Origin: an uncultured virus (IMG/VR IMGVR_UViG_3300029309_000019)
Taxonomy: Duplodnaviria; Heunggongvirae; Uroviricota; Caudoviricetes
Virus record (IMG/VR): IMGVR_UViG_3300029309_000019
Coordinates: 1-64,000 of that record
Reading direction: 5' to 3' (one strand)
DNA: 64,000 nt
The position numbers and the translations under genes were made by a program. This document shows positions 23,590 to 34,773 of this stretch, piece after piece. The stretch's first letter is position 1. Each line of letters starts with the position of its first letter. Below the pieces are notes generated by a model that did not search any database, had not been told where the DNA came from, and saw nothing but the letters and a program-made list of their open reading frames with translations.

Positions 23590-25137
23590 ATGGCAATTAA
23601 TTTAGAAACAGATTTAGGAAGCGGCACAGGCTTATTGTACATTACTACAACTAGCGGAGCAGCAGGTTCGTCAACTGGTATAGTTACGAACTTAACAAAC
23701 GACACTCAAGGCTTGTTGGCTCTTATGCATCATGCTAATACAAATGACAAGCTTGTCGATACAGATGCTATAGCAGACATTGCTCAGCAATATAGATTCA
23801 AATACTGGGTTTATAATAATGCTGGAGCTGTAGAAGGTACAGTGCATGCGTCAGCTACTGAAATAACAAGATTTGTAACAAATTTTAGAACTGTAGGTAG
23901 AAATACTGCTAATATAACAATCGCTGATAACGTTTTAAAGTTTGAAAGAACAGGTCCTATAACAACAGTTTTAATACCAACTATAACTGAATCGGTATCG
24001 TTCATGCAAGATGTTTTGTCTACTGATGCTACTGATGATGTTTCTCAAGAAGGTGATATTGTTATTTTAAGATTAGCAAACGATAACACAGGTACTGTTA
24101 CAGTAACTCCTACGGTATTAGTTAACAAGTCATATACTAGTGCTAACGCAATATTTTTAAAGACACAAAGGTCTTTTAAATTAAATAGCCTTAGTGATGT
24201 CTTAGCTTTTCAAAAACATAATGGTGGATGGAGAGAACTGTTTAGAAGTAATGCAAGAGAGCGTATCTTTAAAGATTTGAGAGATGATGGCATACCAGTT
24301 TCTGAAGGTGGAGTAAAGGATGTAGAAATGACTACTGGAGGCACATTAGATGATTTAGTCTCTGGAACTGATTCTGGTGTTATTAATATAACAGGTACAA
24401 AAACTTTGGCATCCGCTTTTAATTTACCTTTATCTACAGCAGCTTCTAATGGAGATGTATTTGAAATATGGTATAGGGCTAATACCACTACTAATGTGGC
24501 TGGCGGAAATAAAGTTACTATAGGGGGTGTAGACCTTACAGATGAAGAAGCTTTAAATGGTTTAACAAAACCTATACTTCTTAGAGCTTATTATTTAGGA
24601 GCTACAGCTGCTTGGAAGGTTACTAAACTATTAAACTCTGATGAGACAGAAAGAGCTTTAGGAAACCCTACGGCTGACGGTCAGGTTCTAGCGTCTACAA
24701 CTGCAGGTGTTAGAAGTTGGGTTGATGCTCCTAATGGAGTAAAGATTGCTACTGCAACTTATGACTTTGCTGTTAATGGAGGTACTGCAGACACTACTTT
24801 TACGGTAGGAAGAGAACTTATACCTGCTGGTGCAATTATATTATTAGACCAGTGCATTATAGAGATGGAAACAGCTCTCACGGTTAGTTCTGGAACTCCA
24901 ACTATAGCGGTTGGTTATTCAGGAGGAGCGGCTGATGTGGACGCTATAAGTGATGAAAAAAACTTTGATAATGCTCCATTTAATAGCGCAACAGCTGTTA
25001 CTAGAACAACTCCTGCTGGGAGCGGTACAGTTATTAAAGTTAGCGCTACAGCTAAGACAAATATTACAGTAACAACAGCTAATAGTGTTGCTCTAACAGC
25101 TGGTAAATTTCATATACACGTACCTTATATTGCATAA
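23590..25137 (+). CDS. Putative tail fibre/appendage protein (515 aa)
   Basis: Thr/Gly/Ala-rich; LGNP.ADGQVL.ST.AG.RSW fibre linker motif. Confidence 0.7.
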   Translation: MAINLETDLGSGTGLLYITTTSGAAGSSTGIVTNLTNDTQGLLALMHHANTNDKLVDTDAIADIAQQYRFKYWVYNNAGAVEGTVHASATEITRFVTNFRTVGRNTANITIADNVLKFERTGPITTVLIPTITESVSFMQDVLSTDATDDVSQEGDIVILRLANDNTGTVTVTPTVLVNKSYTSANAIFLKTQRSFKLNSLSDVLAFQKHNGGWRELFRSNARERIFKDLRDDGIPVSEGGVKDVEMTTGGTLDDLVSGTDSGVINITGTKTLASAFNLPLSTAASNGDVFEIWYRANTTTNVAGGNKVTIGGVDLTDEEALNGLTKPILLRAYYLGATAAWKVTKLLNSDETERALGNPTADGQVLASTTAGVRSWVDAPNGVKIATATYDFAVNGGTADTTFTVGRELIPAGAIILLDQCIIEMETALTVSSGTPTIAVGYSGGAADVDAISDEKNFDNAPFNSATAVTRTTPAGSGTVIKVSATAKTNITVTTANSVALTAGKFHIHVPYIA

Positions 25138-25139
25138 TT

Positions 25140-25838
25140 ATGCCTATCAATGTTAATGAGTTATATCAATTTGTGCAGTTTGTTGCTAACAAGGAACAAA
25201 GCGGGTTTATAAAACCTGACGAGTTTAATTTAGCTGCAGATAGAGCTCAAATGCAGTTCTTTATGGAAAGATACAATAATCCTGCTGATTATCAGCCAGG
25301 AAGACCTGTTCCCAGAGTTGCATTTCAACAATCACAAAAAGTGTCTGATGACCTGAGAGTTTTTATGACTTCAGAAAACATTATAAGCCCTCAGTCAATA
25401 AATGGTTTAGCAAGCGAATATGTTCATCTTGTTTCGCTAAGAACTGCTGCTGGCGACCATGTTAAGCTTTTGGATGATAGTGAAGTTGGTCACATTGTCA
25501 ATAGTGCACTTACTCCTCCTACTGCATTTCAGCCAATAGCATATATAGTTGGAGATAATATTAACCTATTAGGTGTAGGTAATGCTGTTTTAACTTATCT
25601 TAGAAGACCAGTAAAACCTGAGTGGAATTATTTTACTGATGCAGATGGAAATCCTATAGATGATGTTGGAAACGTAATAACGTATCCATTTCATGACGCT
25701 GCCACTAGCATTGATTTAGAGTTTCCAGATGAAACATTTAATGAGATAGCAATAAGAATATTAAGTTTTGTAGGAATTAATCTTAGAGAGAATCAGCTTA
25801 GTCAATATACAGAATTGAAAAAGCAACAAGGAATATAA
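25140..25838 (+). CDS. Tail ring / tubular adaptor protein (P22 gp4-like)
   Basis: ANKEQ.G.I.P.EFN..A..AQ and YLRRP..P.W motifs of crAss-like ring proteins. Confidence 0.7.
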   Translation: MPINVNELYQFVQFVANKEQSGFIKPDEFNLAADRAQMQFFMERYNNPADYQPGRPVPRVAFQQSQKVSDDLRVFMTSENIISPQSINGLASEYVHLVSLRTAAGDHVKLLDDSEVGHIVNSALTPPTAFQPIAYIVGDNINLLGVGNAVLTYLRRPVKPEWNYFTDADGNPIDDVGNVITYPFHDAATSIDLEFPDETFNEIAIRILSFVGINLRENQLSQYTELKKQQGI

Positions 25839-25841
25839 CAA

Positions 25842-26486
25842 ATGCCAACAACTAAAAGAATATTAGCAGAGCAGTGTATGAGAATACTTAGTGGCGGTTA
25901 TGTTACTAAGGACACTGAGTTTGACATAAGAGAGATAATGCTTGCTGTAGAGCAGTCTAGAGATAAACTTGTGAAGCAAGAGATTATGAGCACATCTTTC
26001 TCTAATACTTCTGCTTATGTAGATACTAGTGGCGTTATAGGTAGCTTTTTATCCGTATATGATAATGTGGCTATAAATTTTGATGCAAACAAAGATTTAA
26101 GATATATTGATTTACCAGCTATGCCGTTAGCTTTGCCTGATGACAAAGGAGTTTATCATGTTAGTTATCAGAGAGACCAAAGAGCTTCTTTTGTTAGAAT
26201 GCCTAACGGTTCTATTGGTTTGTATGGTAACATGCCTTCATCTAGACTTTTAGGAAAAGAGGGGTACTGGGTAGAGCAAGACAGAGTTTATTTTAATGAA
26301 AACGTAAATCCTGATTTAGGAAATGTTTTATTAAAATTAGTTGTTGTAGCAAAAGATATACTTCCTAATGCTCCATTCCCTATGCCTGGAGAGCTAGAGT
26401 CTGAAGTTGTTAGAGATGTTGTACAATTATATACCGTGATGAGAAACGCTCTTCACGATGAAGAAAATGATGATATAGATAGATAA
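25842..26486 (+). CDS. Tail ring protein 2
   Basis: Size, position and FPMP.E...V...V C-terminal pattern. Confidence 0.6.
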   Translation: MPTTKRILAEQCMRILSGGYVTKDTEFDIREIMLAVEQSRDKLVKQEIMSTSFSNTSAYVDTSGVIGSFLSVYDNVAINFDANKDLRYIDLPAMPLALPDDKGVYHVSYQRDQRASFVRMPNGSIGLYGNMPSSRLLGKEGYWVEQDRVYFNENVNPDLGNVLLKLVVVAKDILPNAPFPMPGELESEVVRDVVQLYTVMRNALHDEENDDIDR

Positions 26487-27247
26487 TGAATAATTACGTA
26501 TCAGTAGAAGAAGTTATAAAAAGCCTTTTAATACAACAAGGCGAGTATACGGAGCATAAGTATATGCAGTACTTAGATATTGCTTTACGTGGCCTTAAAG
26601 AGCTTGCTTTTGATGTAACTCAAGAAGTAAAAGCAAAAACACTACCTGTAAATGAAAATTTAACTGTTGATTTGCCAACTGACTATGTAGACTATGTTCG
26701 TATAGGTGTTTGTAATAACGGTGTTATTAGAGACCTATCAAAGTACCTAGGTAGTTGTTTGTCAAGAGCTACAGATGAATGTGGTGCTCCTATAGCTAAA
26801 TCATCAGGAAGTGACACTAGAGACTTAGACAACATAGAAGATATATACTGGTTTTCTAACTACAGAGGTGGTGAGAATATGGGTAGAATATATGGTGTTG
26901 GTGGTGGACAAAGTGACTTTGGATATTACAGAATAGACACAGAAAGAAATCAAATATCATTAGCTTCTCCTTTTGCAGGAGGTTCTATATATTTAGAGTA
27001 TATTGGTGACGGCAGTGGTGATAATGGTCAGTATGATATTCATGTTCACGCTGAAGAAGCTCTAAGGGCTTATATATGGTGGAAGAGCATACAAAGAAAA
27101 AGAATGATACCAATGAATGAAAAGGAAATGGCTAGAAGAGATTGGTATAATGAAAAAAGATTAGCAATAGCAAGATTTAGCAACTTTACAAAACAAGAAG
27201 CGTTACAACAAGCTAGAAAAAACTTCAAGCTAACGCCTAAATTTTAA
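26486..27247 (+). CDS. Tail ring protein 3
   Basis: A.RGL.EL.FD...K......LP.DYVDYVRI and LEYI.DG...H..AEEAL.AYI motifs. Confidence 0.7.
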   Translation: MNNYVSVEEVIKSLLIQQGEYTEHKYMQYLDIALRGLKELAFDVTQEVKAKTLPVNENLTVDLPTDYVDYVRIGVCNNGVIRDLSKYLGSCLSRATDECGAPIAKSSGSDTRDLDNIEDIYWFSNYRGGENMGRIYGVGGGQSDFGYYRIDTERNQISLASPFAGGSIYLEYIGDGSGDNGQYDIHVHAEEALRAYIWWKSIQRKRMIPMNEKEMARRDWYNEKRLAIARFSNFTKQEALQQARKNFKLTPKF

Positions 27248-27249
27248 GG

Positions 27250-30200
27250 ATGGGAGTTATAGATAAAAGAAATTTTTTAGGTGGTTTAAACAGAGACACC
27301 GAGCAAAGGCTAGTATCCCAAGGAGACTATAGGCATGCATTAAATGTACGTTCAGCTGAAAGTGAGGGAGATGATGTCGGTGCAATAGAAAACATAAAAG
27401 GTTTTGAGCACATTATTAATGATATAGCAGGAGGTGGTAGTTTAGATTTTGAGTGTATAGGAAGCTACCAAGACAAAACCATGGATAGAATCATATACTT
27501 TGTATGTGATATTAGTGGCTCTGGAAGACATAGAATATATGAGTATAGCTTAAAATCTAATGCTATTAATATTTTAGTAGAGTCTCCGTTTCTAAATTTT
27601 CAAACATCGCACTTTATTACGGGCATAAGAGTTGTTGGTCATAGAGAGCCATTTGCTCCTGAAGGTATATTATACTGGACAGACCATATAAACCCTCCTA
27701 GAAAATTAAATATATCAAGTGCTAAACTTGCTAATGGAAGTGGTTTTATTACAGCTACAGGTTATATAGCTCCTCTTACTAACTTTGTATTTAGTAATCC
27801 AGACAGCAACTTACAAGCATATACAGAGATAGATGAAAATTCATTTGATGAATACTATAATCTGATAAAAAAACCACCGACTTCTAAACCAGACATATAT
27901 TTAGACACAGACCCAGAATATAAAGACAATAAAATATATGGAAAAGTAATACAATTTGCTTATAGATATATTTACTCAGATAATGAGGTGTCTGCTTTTT
28001 CTCCTCATAGTTTAATTACAAAAGCTTATAACTATGACCCTAGTTTAAATTTTGATGGTGGTTTGCTTCAAAAGTTTAATAGAGTTAACATACTTGTTAA
28101 CACTGGCCCTTCTGATGTTAAAAGCATTCAGATAGCATCTAAGATACTTTCTCAAGACGAGGGAGATGGTTTTACATCTCAAGAGGGTTGGGCTTTAGTT
28201 GCTGATATAAGCACGTCAAAAGAAAATTTACCACCAAACTCTTCTTATACATATCAATTTTACAACAATGAAGCTACAGAAATACTAGCTGCTTCTCAAA
28301 TAGCAAAACTTTTTGACGATGTTCCTTTGAAAGCTAAAGCACTAGATGTTATTGATGGAGGTCGATTAGTTCTTGGTAACATAACCAACGGATACAATGT
28401 AAATGTGGTTCCTGATGTAAATATAGGACACTTGTATAGTGATGCAAATCTTCCTGATGGTGCAGACTTTCAAGATAATGCTAATGTTTCTATATCTTAT
28501 GATTTAACTTCAAGTTGGCATAATCAAGCCAGACAGTTTGTTCATAAAATAATATTTACATTTGATGATGTAGATGGAGAGCAAGCTGTGGTAGACTTGC
28601 ATGCAAGCGGAACGGTAAATCATGATTGGGGTTCATCATCTGGATGTTGGTTTCAAGGATGTAATAATTGTAATAATTCTTATAGCGCTAGTTATGACTA
28701 TGATATAGAGTATGCTCAAAATTATGCAGGCTTAGACAATCAGGGTGTAACAGGAGCTCAGATGGCTTTAGATTTTTTTAACAACTTTGCTCTTTCAACT
28801 GTTTCTAATATATTACCCAATATAAATAACATAAGAGGAGACGCAGCTAACTTTTGTGGTTCAGGTATTCCTATATATACTGATTTTGGAAATGGTGGTA
28901 ATAGTGGAGACTATTCTATTTCTTTTGATGGAAATGGAGGTATAGACGCTTTAAATAATGCTCCTTTAGCTCAAGGTATAATTGATGACTATACAGAAAT
29001 AGATTTTAATGGTTATTTTGTAGACAATTTTATAAATGTTCCTGGTAGTGATAGCCCTGTATGGCTTTCAATGCCTTCTTCTAATGTTGTAGTTGTAAAT
29101 ATTCATTCATGGGTATACGGACCTGCTGATTGTTGTGATTTTGATGGAGCTCCTTCATTAAGTAGAGTTGTTGAAAATCAAGATTTTAATATTACTGGAT
29201 ATTACGATTTTTTAAACGCTGAAGGTGAAAACTCTATATTTCAGTCTGGATTTAAAACAGGAGCTACACATAATTTAGGTATAGTATATTATGATAAGTT
29301 TAATAGGTCTAGTGCCGTTATGTCGGCTCAAGATAATTCTTTTGATGTTTATATACCTTCTTGGGCTGAAAGAGATATAAATCCAGGACAAGCAAACTTT
29401 TCTTCTTTTTTAACTTGGGAAATAAATCACCTTCCTCCAGAGTGGGCTACTCATTATCAATGGGTATATGCTGGTAATGATTTAATGGACAATTTTGTTC
29501 AGTGCTCTACTCTTGGTATATATGAAGCACTACAGTTTTTTACTGAAAACTCACATCCTCTAAACGGAAAATATCTAATAGATGTTTCTGAGCTATATAG
29601 ATTTGAGTTAGAAAAAGAAAGCCCAAATTTTGGGTGGAATTTTGAAAAAGGAGACAGAGTAAGATTTTTATTAGAAGAAGATGTTGATGGGCAGGTAGGT
29701 TCTTCATTTCAAAATGATACTAATCCAGGCATAATGTTAGAGTTCCAGGTTCTTGGAATTACAGGACAAGGAGAGTATAAAGATATATTTGATGATGATG
29801 TTCATCAAAATAGAGCTTCTAACAGTACAGATATAGGTAATTTTTATCCTGATGCTGGAGACCAATTACATTTAGCAGAGCAAATTACAGAATTAGATGG
29901 TTCTACTACTACAGTTAATAGATTTAAAAAACATAGTAGATTTTTAGTTGTAGAAAGTCAATGGTTAGACTTAAATGTTGCTGAAGTTAGCTCAGGAGTT
30001 AAATATGGCTTTCAAGGTCAAGCTCCATATAAAATGGGTTCTTATATAGAAGTTTATAGACCGAAAGTAAGAAGAGATAAAGAAGATGTATTTTATTATG
30101 AATTTGGCCATAGATATGGTATTTATGATATTGGTGGAGTAAAATATCATGAAGGTCAATTTAGTAATCAAGATGATTTAGGAGGTTTAGCAACTGGTGA

Positions 30201-33200
30201 GTTTAGAAATGGAGATGTTTATTTAAGACATAGAAGTCCAAATAGAAGTGAACTTAAGGCTACATTTGTAGAAGATTACAACCTATCAGATTATTTTGAC
30301 TCTAATTTTTGGGATAAGGGTAGGCCTAATAGAATAAATGAACAAGAAAGACAGGTAGACAGGTTTGCTACTATTTATTATTCAGAGCCTTTTATACCTA
30401 ATACCAACATAAATGGCCTTTCAACATTTAATAGCTCTGGTCTTGTAGATTTGCCGTATGAAGAATACAATAGAGGGTATGGAACAATACAAAAGTTATT
30501 TGCAAAAAACGAATCTTTAATAATATTTCAAGAAGACAAAGTCTCTAGAGCTGTTGTAGAAAGAAATATACTATTCAATGCAGATGGCTCTGGTCAATTA
30601 TCTTCTAGTAATAGAGTTTTATCTCAAGCAATACCTTACAATGGTGAGTATGGTATAAGTCTTCATCCAGAGTCTTTTGCAGAGTATGCTGGCAGAATAT
30701 ATTTCTTTGATTTAGACAGAGGAGCTGTTTTAAGATTATCAAACGATGGATTAACCCCTATATCTGATAATTTTATGAGAGATTATTTTGGTGATAAATC
30801 TCAAAATATAAAAATATATGACGATACAATAAAGATACATGGTGTTTATGATGTTAAAAAAGATGAGTATATTGTATCATTTGGAGGAATATATAGATTA
30901 ACTCCAGTAAATTTATGCGAGATTAGCTCATTAGGTAATTGGACTGCTCAAGAAACTGTTTACACAAGCATCTTAGATGAAGATGGTAATCCAAGTTTAG
31001 ATGAAGATGGTAACCCTATTTTTGGTAATGTTACACAAGATATTATTTATGGACTAGGAGATGTAGTAAGTTATGAAGATGTTTTTTACACTCAAACATG
31101 TCCAGATGGAGCTACAGTAAATCCTCCTACAGAGGACGAATGCTGGTCTGAATGTACCCCATCTATAGGCTGCACTGATATTGATGCTGTAAATTTTGAA
31201 CCATTGGCTATGGTTAATGATGGTAGTTGTGTATATCCATGTTTAGATATAGATATTGATGAGATAGATTTAGTAGTCGAATCAGGTTCATTAGTTGTAT
31301 CTTCTGAAACTGTATCGTATGTAAATAATGAGTATATATCAAATGCTGATGGCGGATTTTCTTTATCTATAATTGGTTCAGACGTTATGTCTGTTTTAAT
31401 TTTAAATCAATCAGGAGATATTGTTTTCTTAGACCTTAACAGTAATGGTGTAATTAATTTACCAGACTTAAATTCTGGTGTTTACACTGTTAATTTTATA
31501 GGAAATGACATATTAGAAACTGACGATTTAGTAGAGGGTATGCCGTTAAATGAAGATGGATTAACCTTATATGAAGAGTATACAGAACTTTTAGAAGCGG
31601 GAGACTATGATGAATATACAGAAGCTTTAGAGATAGCCGATAGAATGTATAACTATTTATTCTACTGTGGTATATCTATAGATGTTGAAGTTCCTTTAGT
31701 TGGTTGTACTGACCCTGCTGCTTTTAACTATGTTCCTGATTCTAGCCTTGATGATGGAGGATGTATATATGAAGTTAATGGATGTCCTGACCCTAATGCT
31801 TTAAATTACTACTGTGATGAAAATCCTGATTTATGTAATTTTTATGATGTTAATGCTCCAGGATGGGAAATAACAGACGATGGCTCTTGCTTGTTTCCTG
31901 TTCCAGGATGTACTTTTGAAGAGGCTGAAAACTATAATCCAAATGCAACTGAAGATGATGGGTCTTGTACTTTTTGTAACACCTTAGAAATATCATTAGA
32001 TTATTCTACAGATGCAACAGCTTATAATTCTACTGATGGAACTTTAGCTGTTTCAGCTAGTGGTGGTACTGGCCCTTATACCTTTTTTATAACTACTGGT
32101 GAAGCTGGTGTAGATGGTGTTTTTTCAAATTTACCAGCTGGAGATTATGAAGTTGTAGTTCAAGATTCAGCAACAGTACCTTGCCAAACATCTCTTGTTG
32201 TTACGATAGACCAACCTGAGCCTACTTCAGGATGTACAGACAACACAGCGTTAAATTATAACTCAGAAGCGCTAGTAGATGATGGGACATGTTTATTTTG
32301 CCCTGCAGATTTTGGATTTGATATAACAGTAACACAACCAATCGTGATAGGTGGTACTGGTGGTTATACTCTTCAAATTCCATTAGACACATCTTATGGT
32401 ACGACAGAGCAACAAACCTTTACTATTACTCTAGCACATGAAGGAGCAACAATTACAAGTTCTACTCAAAATGAGGCTGGTTTTGCTATATCTTCATCAA
32501 CTTTAGCTCCTGGTAATTACGAATATACATTTACAATAGATACAATAGATGTTACAGGCACACCTTCTATACTTAATGGTTGCTCCGAAACATTTAGTTT
32601 TATTATAAATGATTTTAGTTGTGTATCTGATAATCGTCCTACTTTATTTGATGTCATAGATTATGGAGCATCAGGTATTATACTGCCAATAAATACAGCT
32701 CAAATAGAGTGGAGTTTTGGCCCTTTTAATTATATAAATAATCCAAATATAGAGACAACAACAACCTATTCCCAAAATGCTTGTTTGAACAATGGATTTT
32801 TCTCTATTACTGTAGACACAGCAGAAGCTTTTGGAGATTTAGGAAACACAGATGAATTTTGGAATCAATCTGAAATTAGTTTTACATCTGGTGGTAATGA
32901 GAATGTAATTTATTCAATTTACCCATCAGACAGTACTTTATCTGATGAAAGCGGATTTGGTTATAGTTATGATACAGAAAATACAATTAATATCAATCTT
33001 GTTGATACAGTAGTGGATGGTGTTGCTAAAACTACCATAAATGTAACAAACATTCCTGTTGGCACTTTTGATTTGTTTTGGTTTATTTATGATGGCGACT
33101 CTAACCTTCAATGTGGTGAAAAAATAGAAAATATATCTTTTACTTGCAGTGGTTGTACAGATGATGGAAATCAGCCTACAGGCCTTTTATATAGCGTTTA

Positions 33201-34770
33201 TAATCCGTTAGGTATATCTATTCCAGCAGCCAACTACAACCCTAATGCTGTTGAAGACGATGGCTCTTGCCAATACGTTGTTAATGGTTGTACTGACGAA
33301 GAAAACATTCATTATGGTCAAAATTGCTCCTATATGTATTGGAGCATAGGTCAAGGTGAAAATGATGGAGCAATAGCTTGGAATATAGCAACAAATCCTA
33401 CTACAGGTGGATTATTTATAGACATGCCTAATGTAACTTTAGAGGATACTCCAGGTTGCCCTTGCTTAGTTGGAGGATGTACAGACCCTGAATCTGACAC
33501 CTATAATCCAGATGCCGACTACCTAGTTGCAGCAGATTGTGAATATTACGGATGTATGGAAGAAAATGCTTTGAACTATGATGCACAGCATACTTCTGAC
33601 CCTAATGATGAATGTCTTTTTTGTTCAGACGCTTCTACAATAAATGCTTCTGTAGATATAGATTACCTAGATAATGCTGAAGGAACCGCTCATGTTAATA
33701 TAACAGTTCAATCCGATACGTATCCATATACAGTACAATTCTATCATTCAGGCATGGAAGGTAATAATCAGTACTCTATACAATACACTGTGAATACTAA
33801 CTATGAAACAACTATACAGCTTACTGAAGATATGGGGCCAGTGCCACCTATAGAAGGTATAGGGCCTCTTATATACATTAATTATGCAGGAATTTTTGCA
33901 AACTGTCCTGTTAATATAGATTTAGACTCCAATGGAACATCTGAAGGGTTGGATTATAATGTTATAGAAGTTTTCCTTACACCAAAAATATGTCCTAGTC
34001 AAGATACTGATTTAGAGATATATAAAATTACACATCCATATATATATTTTGGTCACCCTTTAAATGGTAGTTATGCTTTTAAAACTCATAATAATGTTGG
34101 TACAGCTGCTGTTATTAAGTTTGATTTACTTGGGGCTACAGGAGACAATTATAGTCTAAATAGCTGGTGGAATAATGATGATAATTATTTACCTTATCCT
34201 AAATTAAAAAGAATTGAATTTTATGTTTTAGAAGGGCCTGTAGCGTTAAATAAATCTACCAATAATGAAGGATTAACAGATGGCAATACTTTAACTGGTT
34301 TCCCATCATTTAGCCCAGACCTTTATGGTTCAGACCCAGACATTGTTTTTGGTGGTGAAAATTATTTAGCCGACAATTCTGAAGGGTCAGGTATGCTTAG
34401 AATGATTGTGCCTTCTAAAGCTAATTCTGATGTAGATAATCCTGTTGGAATTTTAAAAGTAACTTATATTATAGAAGAAGAAGAGGGTGGAGACGAAATA
34501 GCTTGCAAGTTTTGGTACAAATTTTGGAATAGCGCTAGAAAAACTGGAACACGAACCTATACAGGTACGTATGGTTATTCCGTAGAACGTGAAGCTATTA
34601 CAGACCCTGTAATTCAAATGGAAACAGATATAGGTTCAGAATTTGGAGGTGGAGGTTTACCCCCTGTATTTACTGTAGCAAACGAATGGTTTACTGATAA
34701 TTTTTCAGAAATATCTTTAGGCAATGTTGTCGAAGAAAATCTTAATGCACTCTTAGATGAAATAGAATAA
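27250..34770 (+). CDS. Tail muzzle/stabilisation protein (P22 gp10-like N-terminal ~1210 aa) fused to a repeat-rich adhesin-like extension
   Basis: F.GG.N.D...R......YR.ALN, LYWTD..NPPRK.N, QFAYRY.Y.D.E.SAFSP, FDDVP.KA, RL..GN, GIVYYD..NRS, YGTIQKL, YGIS..PESFA, GAVLRLS.DGLTPIS; then about nine GCTD..A.NY...A..DDG.C repeats. Confidence 0.8.
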   Translation: MGVIDKRNFLGGLNRDTEQRLVSQGDYRHALNVRSAESEGDDVGAIENIKGFEHIINDIAGGGSLDFECIGSYQDKTMDRIIYFVCDISGSGRHRIYEYSLKSNAINILVESPFLNFQTSHFITGIRVVGHREPFAPEGILYWTDHINPPRKLNISSAKLANGSGFITATGYIAPLTNFVFSNPDSNLQAYTEIDENSFDEYYNLIKKPPTSKPDIYLDTDPEYKDNKIYGKVIQFAYRYIYSDNEVSAFSPHSLITKAYNYDPSLNFDGGLLQKFNRVNILVNTGPSDVKSIQIASKILSQDEGDGFTSQEGWALVADISTSKENLPPNSSYTYQFYNNEATEILAASQIAKLFDDVPLKAKALDVIDGGRLVLGNITNGYNVNVVPDVNIGHLYSDANLPDGADFQDNANVSISYDLTSSWHNQARQFVHKIIFTFDDVDGEQAVVDLHASGTVNHDWGSSSGCWFQGCNNCNNSYSASYDYDIEYAQNYAGLDNQGVTGAQMALDFFNNFALSTVSNILPNINNIRGDAANFCGSGIPIYTDFGNGGNSGDYSISFDGNGGIDALNNAPLAQGIIDDYTEIDFNGYFVDNFINVPGSDSPVWLSMPSSNVVVVNIHSWVYGPADCCDFDGAPSLSRVVENQDFNITGYYDFLNAEGENSIFQSGFKTGATHNLGIVYYDKFNRSSAVMSAQDNSFDVYIPSWAERDINPGQANFSSFLTWEINHLPPEWATHYQWVYAGNDLMDNFVQCSTLGIYEALQFFTENSHPLNGKYLIDVSELYRFELEKESPNFGWNFEKGDRVRFLLEEDVDGQVGSSFQNDTNPGIMLEFQVLGITGQGEYKDIFDDDVHQNRASNSTDIGNFYPDAGDQLHLAEQITELDGSTTTVNRFKKHSRFLVVESQWLDLNVAEVSSGVKYGFQGQAPYKMGSYIEVYRPKVRRDKEDVFYYEFGHRYGIYDIGGVKYHEGQFSNQDDLGGLATGEFRNGDVYLRHRSPNRSELKATFVEDYNLSDYFDSNFWDKGRPNRINEQERQVDRFATIYYSEPFIPNTNINGLSTFNSSGLVDLPYEEYNRGYGTIQKLFAKNESLIIFQEDKVSRAVVERNILFNADGSGQLSSSNRVLSQAIPYNGEYGISLHPESFAEYAGRIYFFDLDRGAVLRLSNDGLTPISDNFMRDYFGDKSQNIKIYDDTIKIHGVYDVKKDEYIVSFGGIYRLTPVNLCEISSLGNWTAQETVYTSILDEDGNPSLDEDGNPIFGNVTQDIIYGLGDVVSYEDVFYTQTCPDGATVNPPTEDECWSECTPSIGCTDIDAVNFEPLAMVNDGSCVYPCLDIDIDEIDLVVESGSLVVSSETVSYVNNEYISNADGGFSLSIIGSDVMSVLILNQSGDIVFLDLNSNGVINLPDLNSGVYTVNFIGNDILETDDLVEGMPLNEDGLTLYEEYTELLEAGDYDEYTEALEIADRMYNYLFYCGISIDVEVPLVGCTDPAAFNYVPDSSLDDGGCIYEVNGCPDPNALNYYCDENPDLCNFYDVNAPGWEITDDGSCLFPVPGCTFEEAENYNPNATEDDGSCTFCNTLEISLDYSTDATAYNSTDGTLAVSASGGTGPYTFFITTGEAGVDGVFSNLPAGDYEVVVQDSATVPCQTSLVVTIDQPEPTSGCTDNTALNYNSEALVDDGTCLFCPADFGFDITVTQPIVIGGTGGYTLQIPLDTSYGTTEQQTFTITLAHEGATITSSTQNEAGFAISSSTLAPGNYEYTFTIDTIDVTGTPSILNGCSETFSFIINDFSCVSDNRPTLFDVIDYGASGIILPINTAQIEWSFGPFNYINNPNIETTTTYSQNACLNNGFFSITVDTAEAFGDLGNTDEFWNQSEISFTSGGNENVIYSIYPSDSTLSDESGFGYSYDTENTININLVDTVVDGVAKTTINVTNIPVGTFDLFWFIYDGDSNLQCGEKIENISFTCSGCTDDGNQPTGLLYSVYNPLGISIPAANYNPNAVEDDGSCQYVVNGCTDEENIHYGQNCSYMYWSIGQGENDGAIAWNIATNPTTGGLFIDMPNVTLEDTPGCPCLVGGCTDPESDTYNPDADYLVAADCEYYGCMEENALNYDAQHTSDPNDECLFCSDASTINASVDIDYLDNAEGTAHVNITVQSDTYPYTVQFYHSGMEGNNQYSIQYTVNTNYETTIQLTEDMGPVPPIEGIGPLIYINYAGIFANCPVNIDLDSNGTSEGLDYNVIEVFLTPKICPSQDTDLEIYKITHPYIYFGHPLNGSYAFKTHNNVGTAAVIKFDLLGATGDNYSLNSWWNNDDNYLPYPKLKRIEFYVLEGPVALNKSTNNEGLTDGNTLTGFPSFSPDLYGSDPDIVFGGENYLADNSEGSGMLRMIVPSKANSDVDNPVGILKVTYIIEEEEGGDEIACKFWYKFWNSARKTGTRTYTGTYGYSVEREAITDPVIQMETDIGSEFGGGGLPPVFTVANEWFTDNFSEISLGNVVEENLNALLDEIE

Positions 34771-34773
34771 AAT

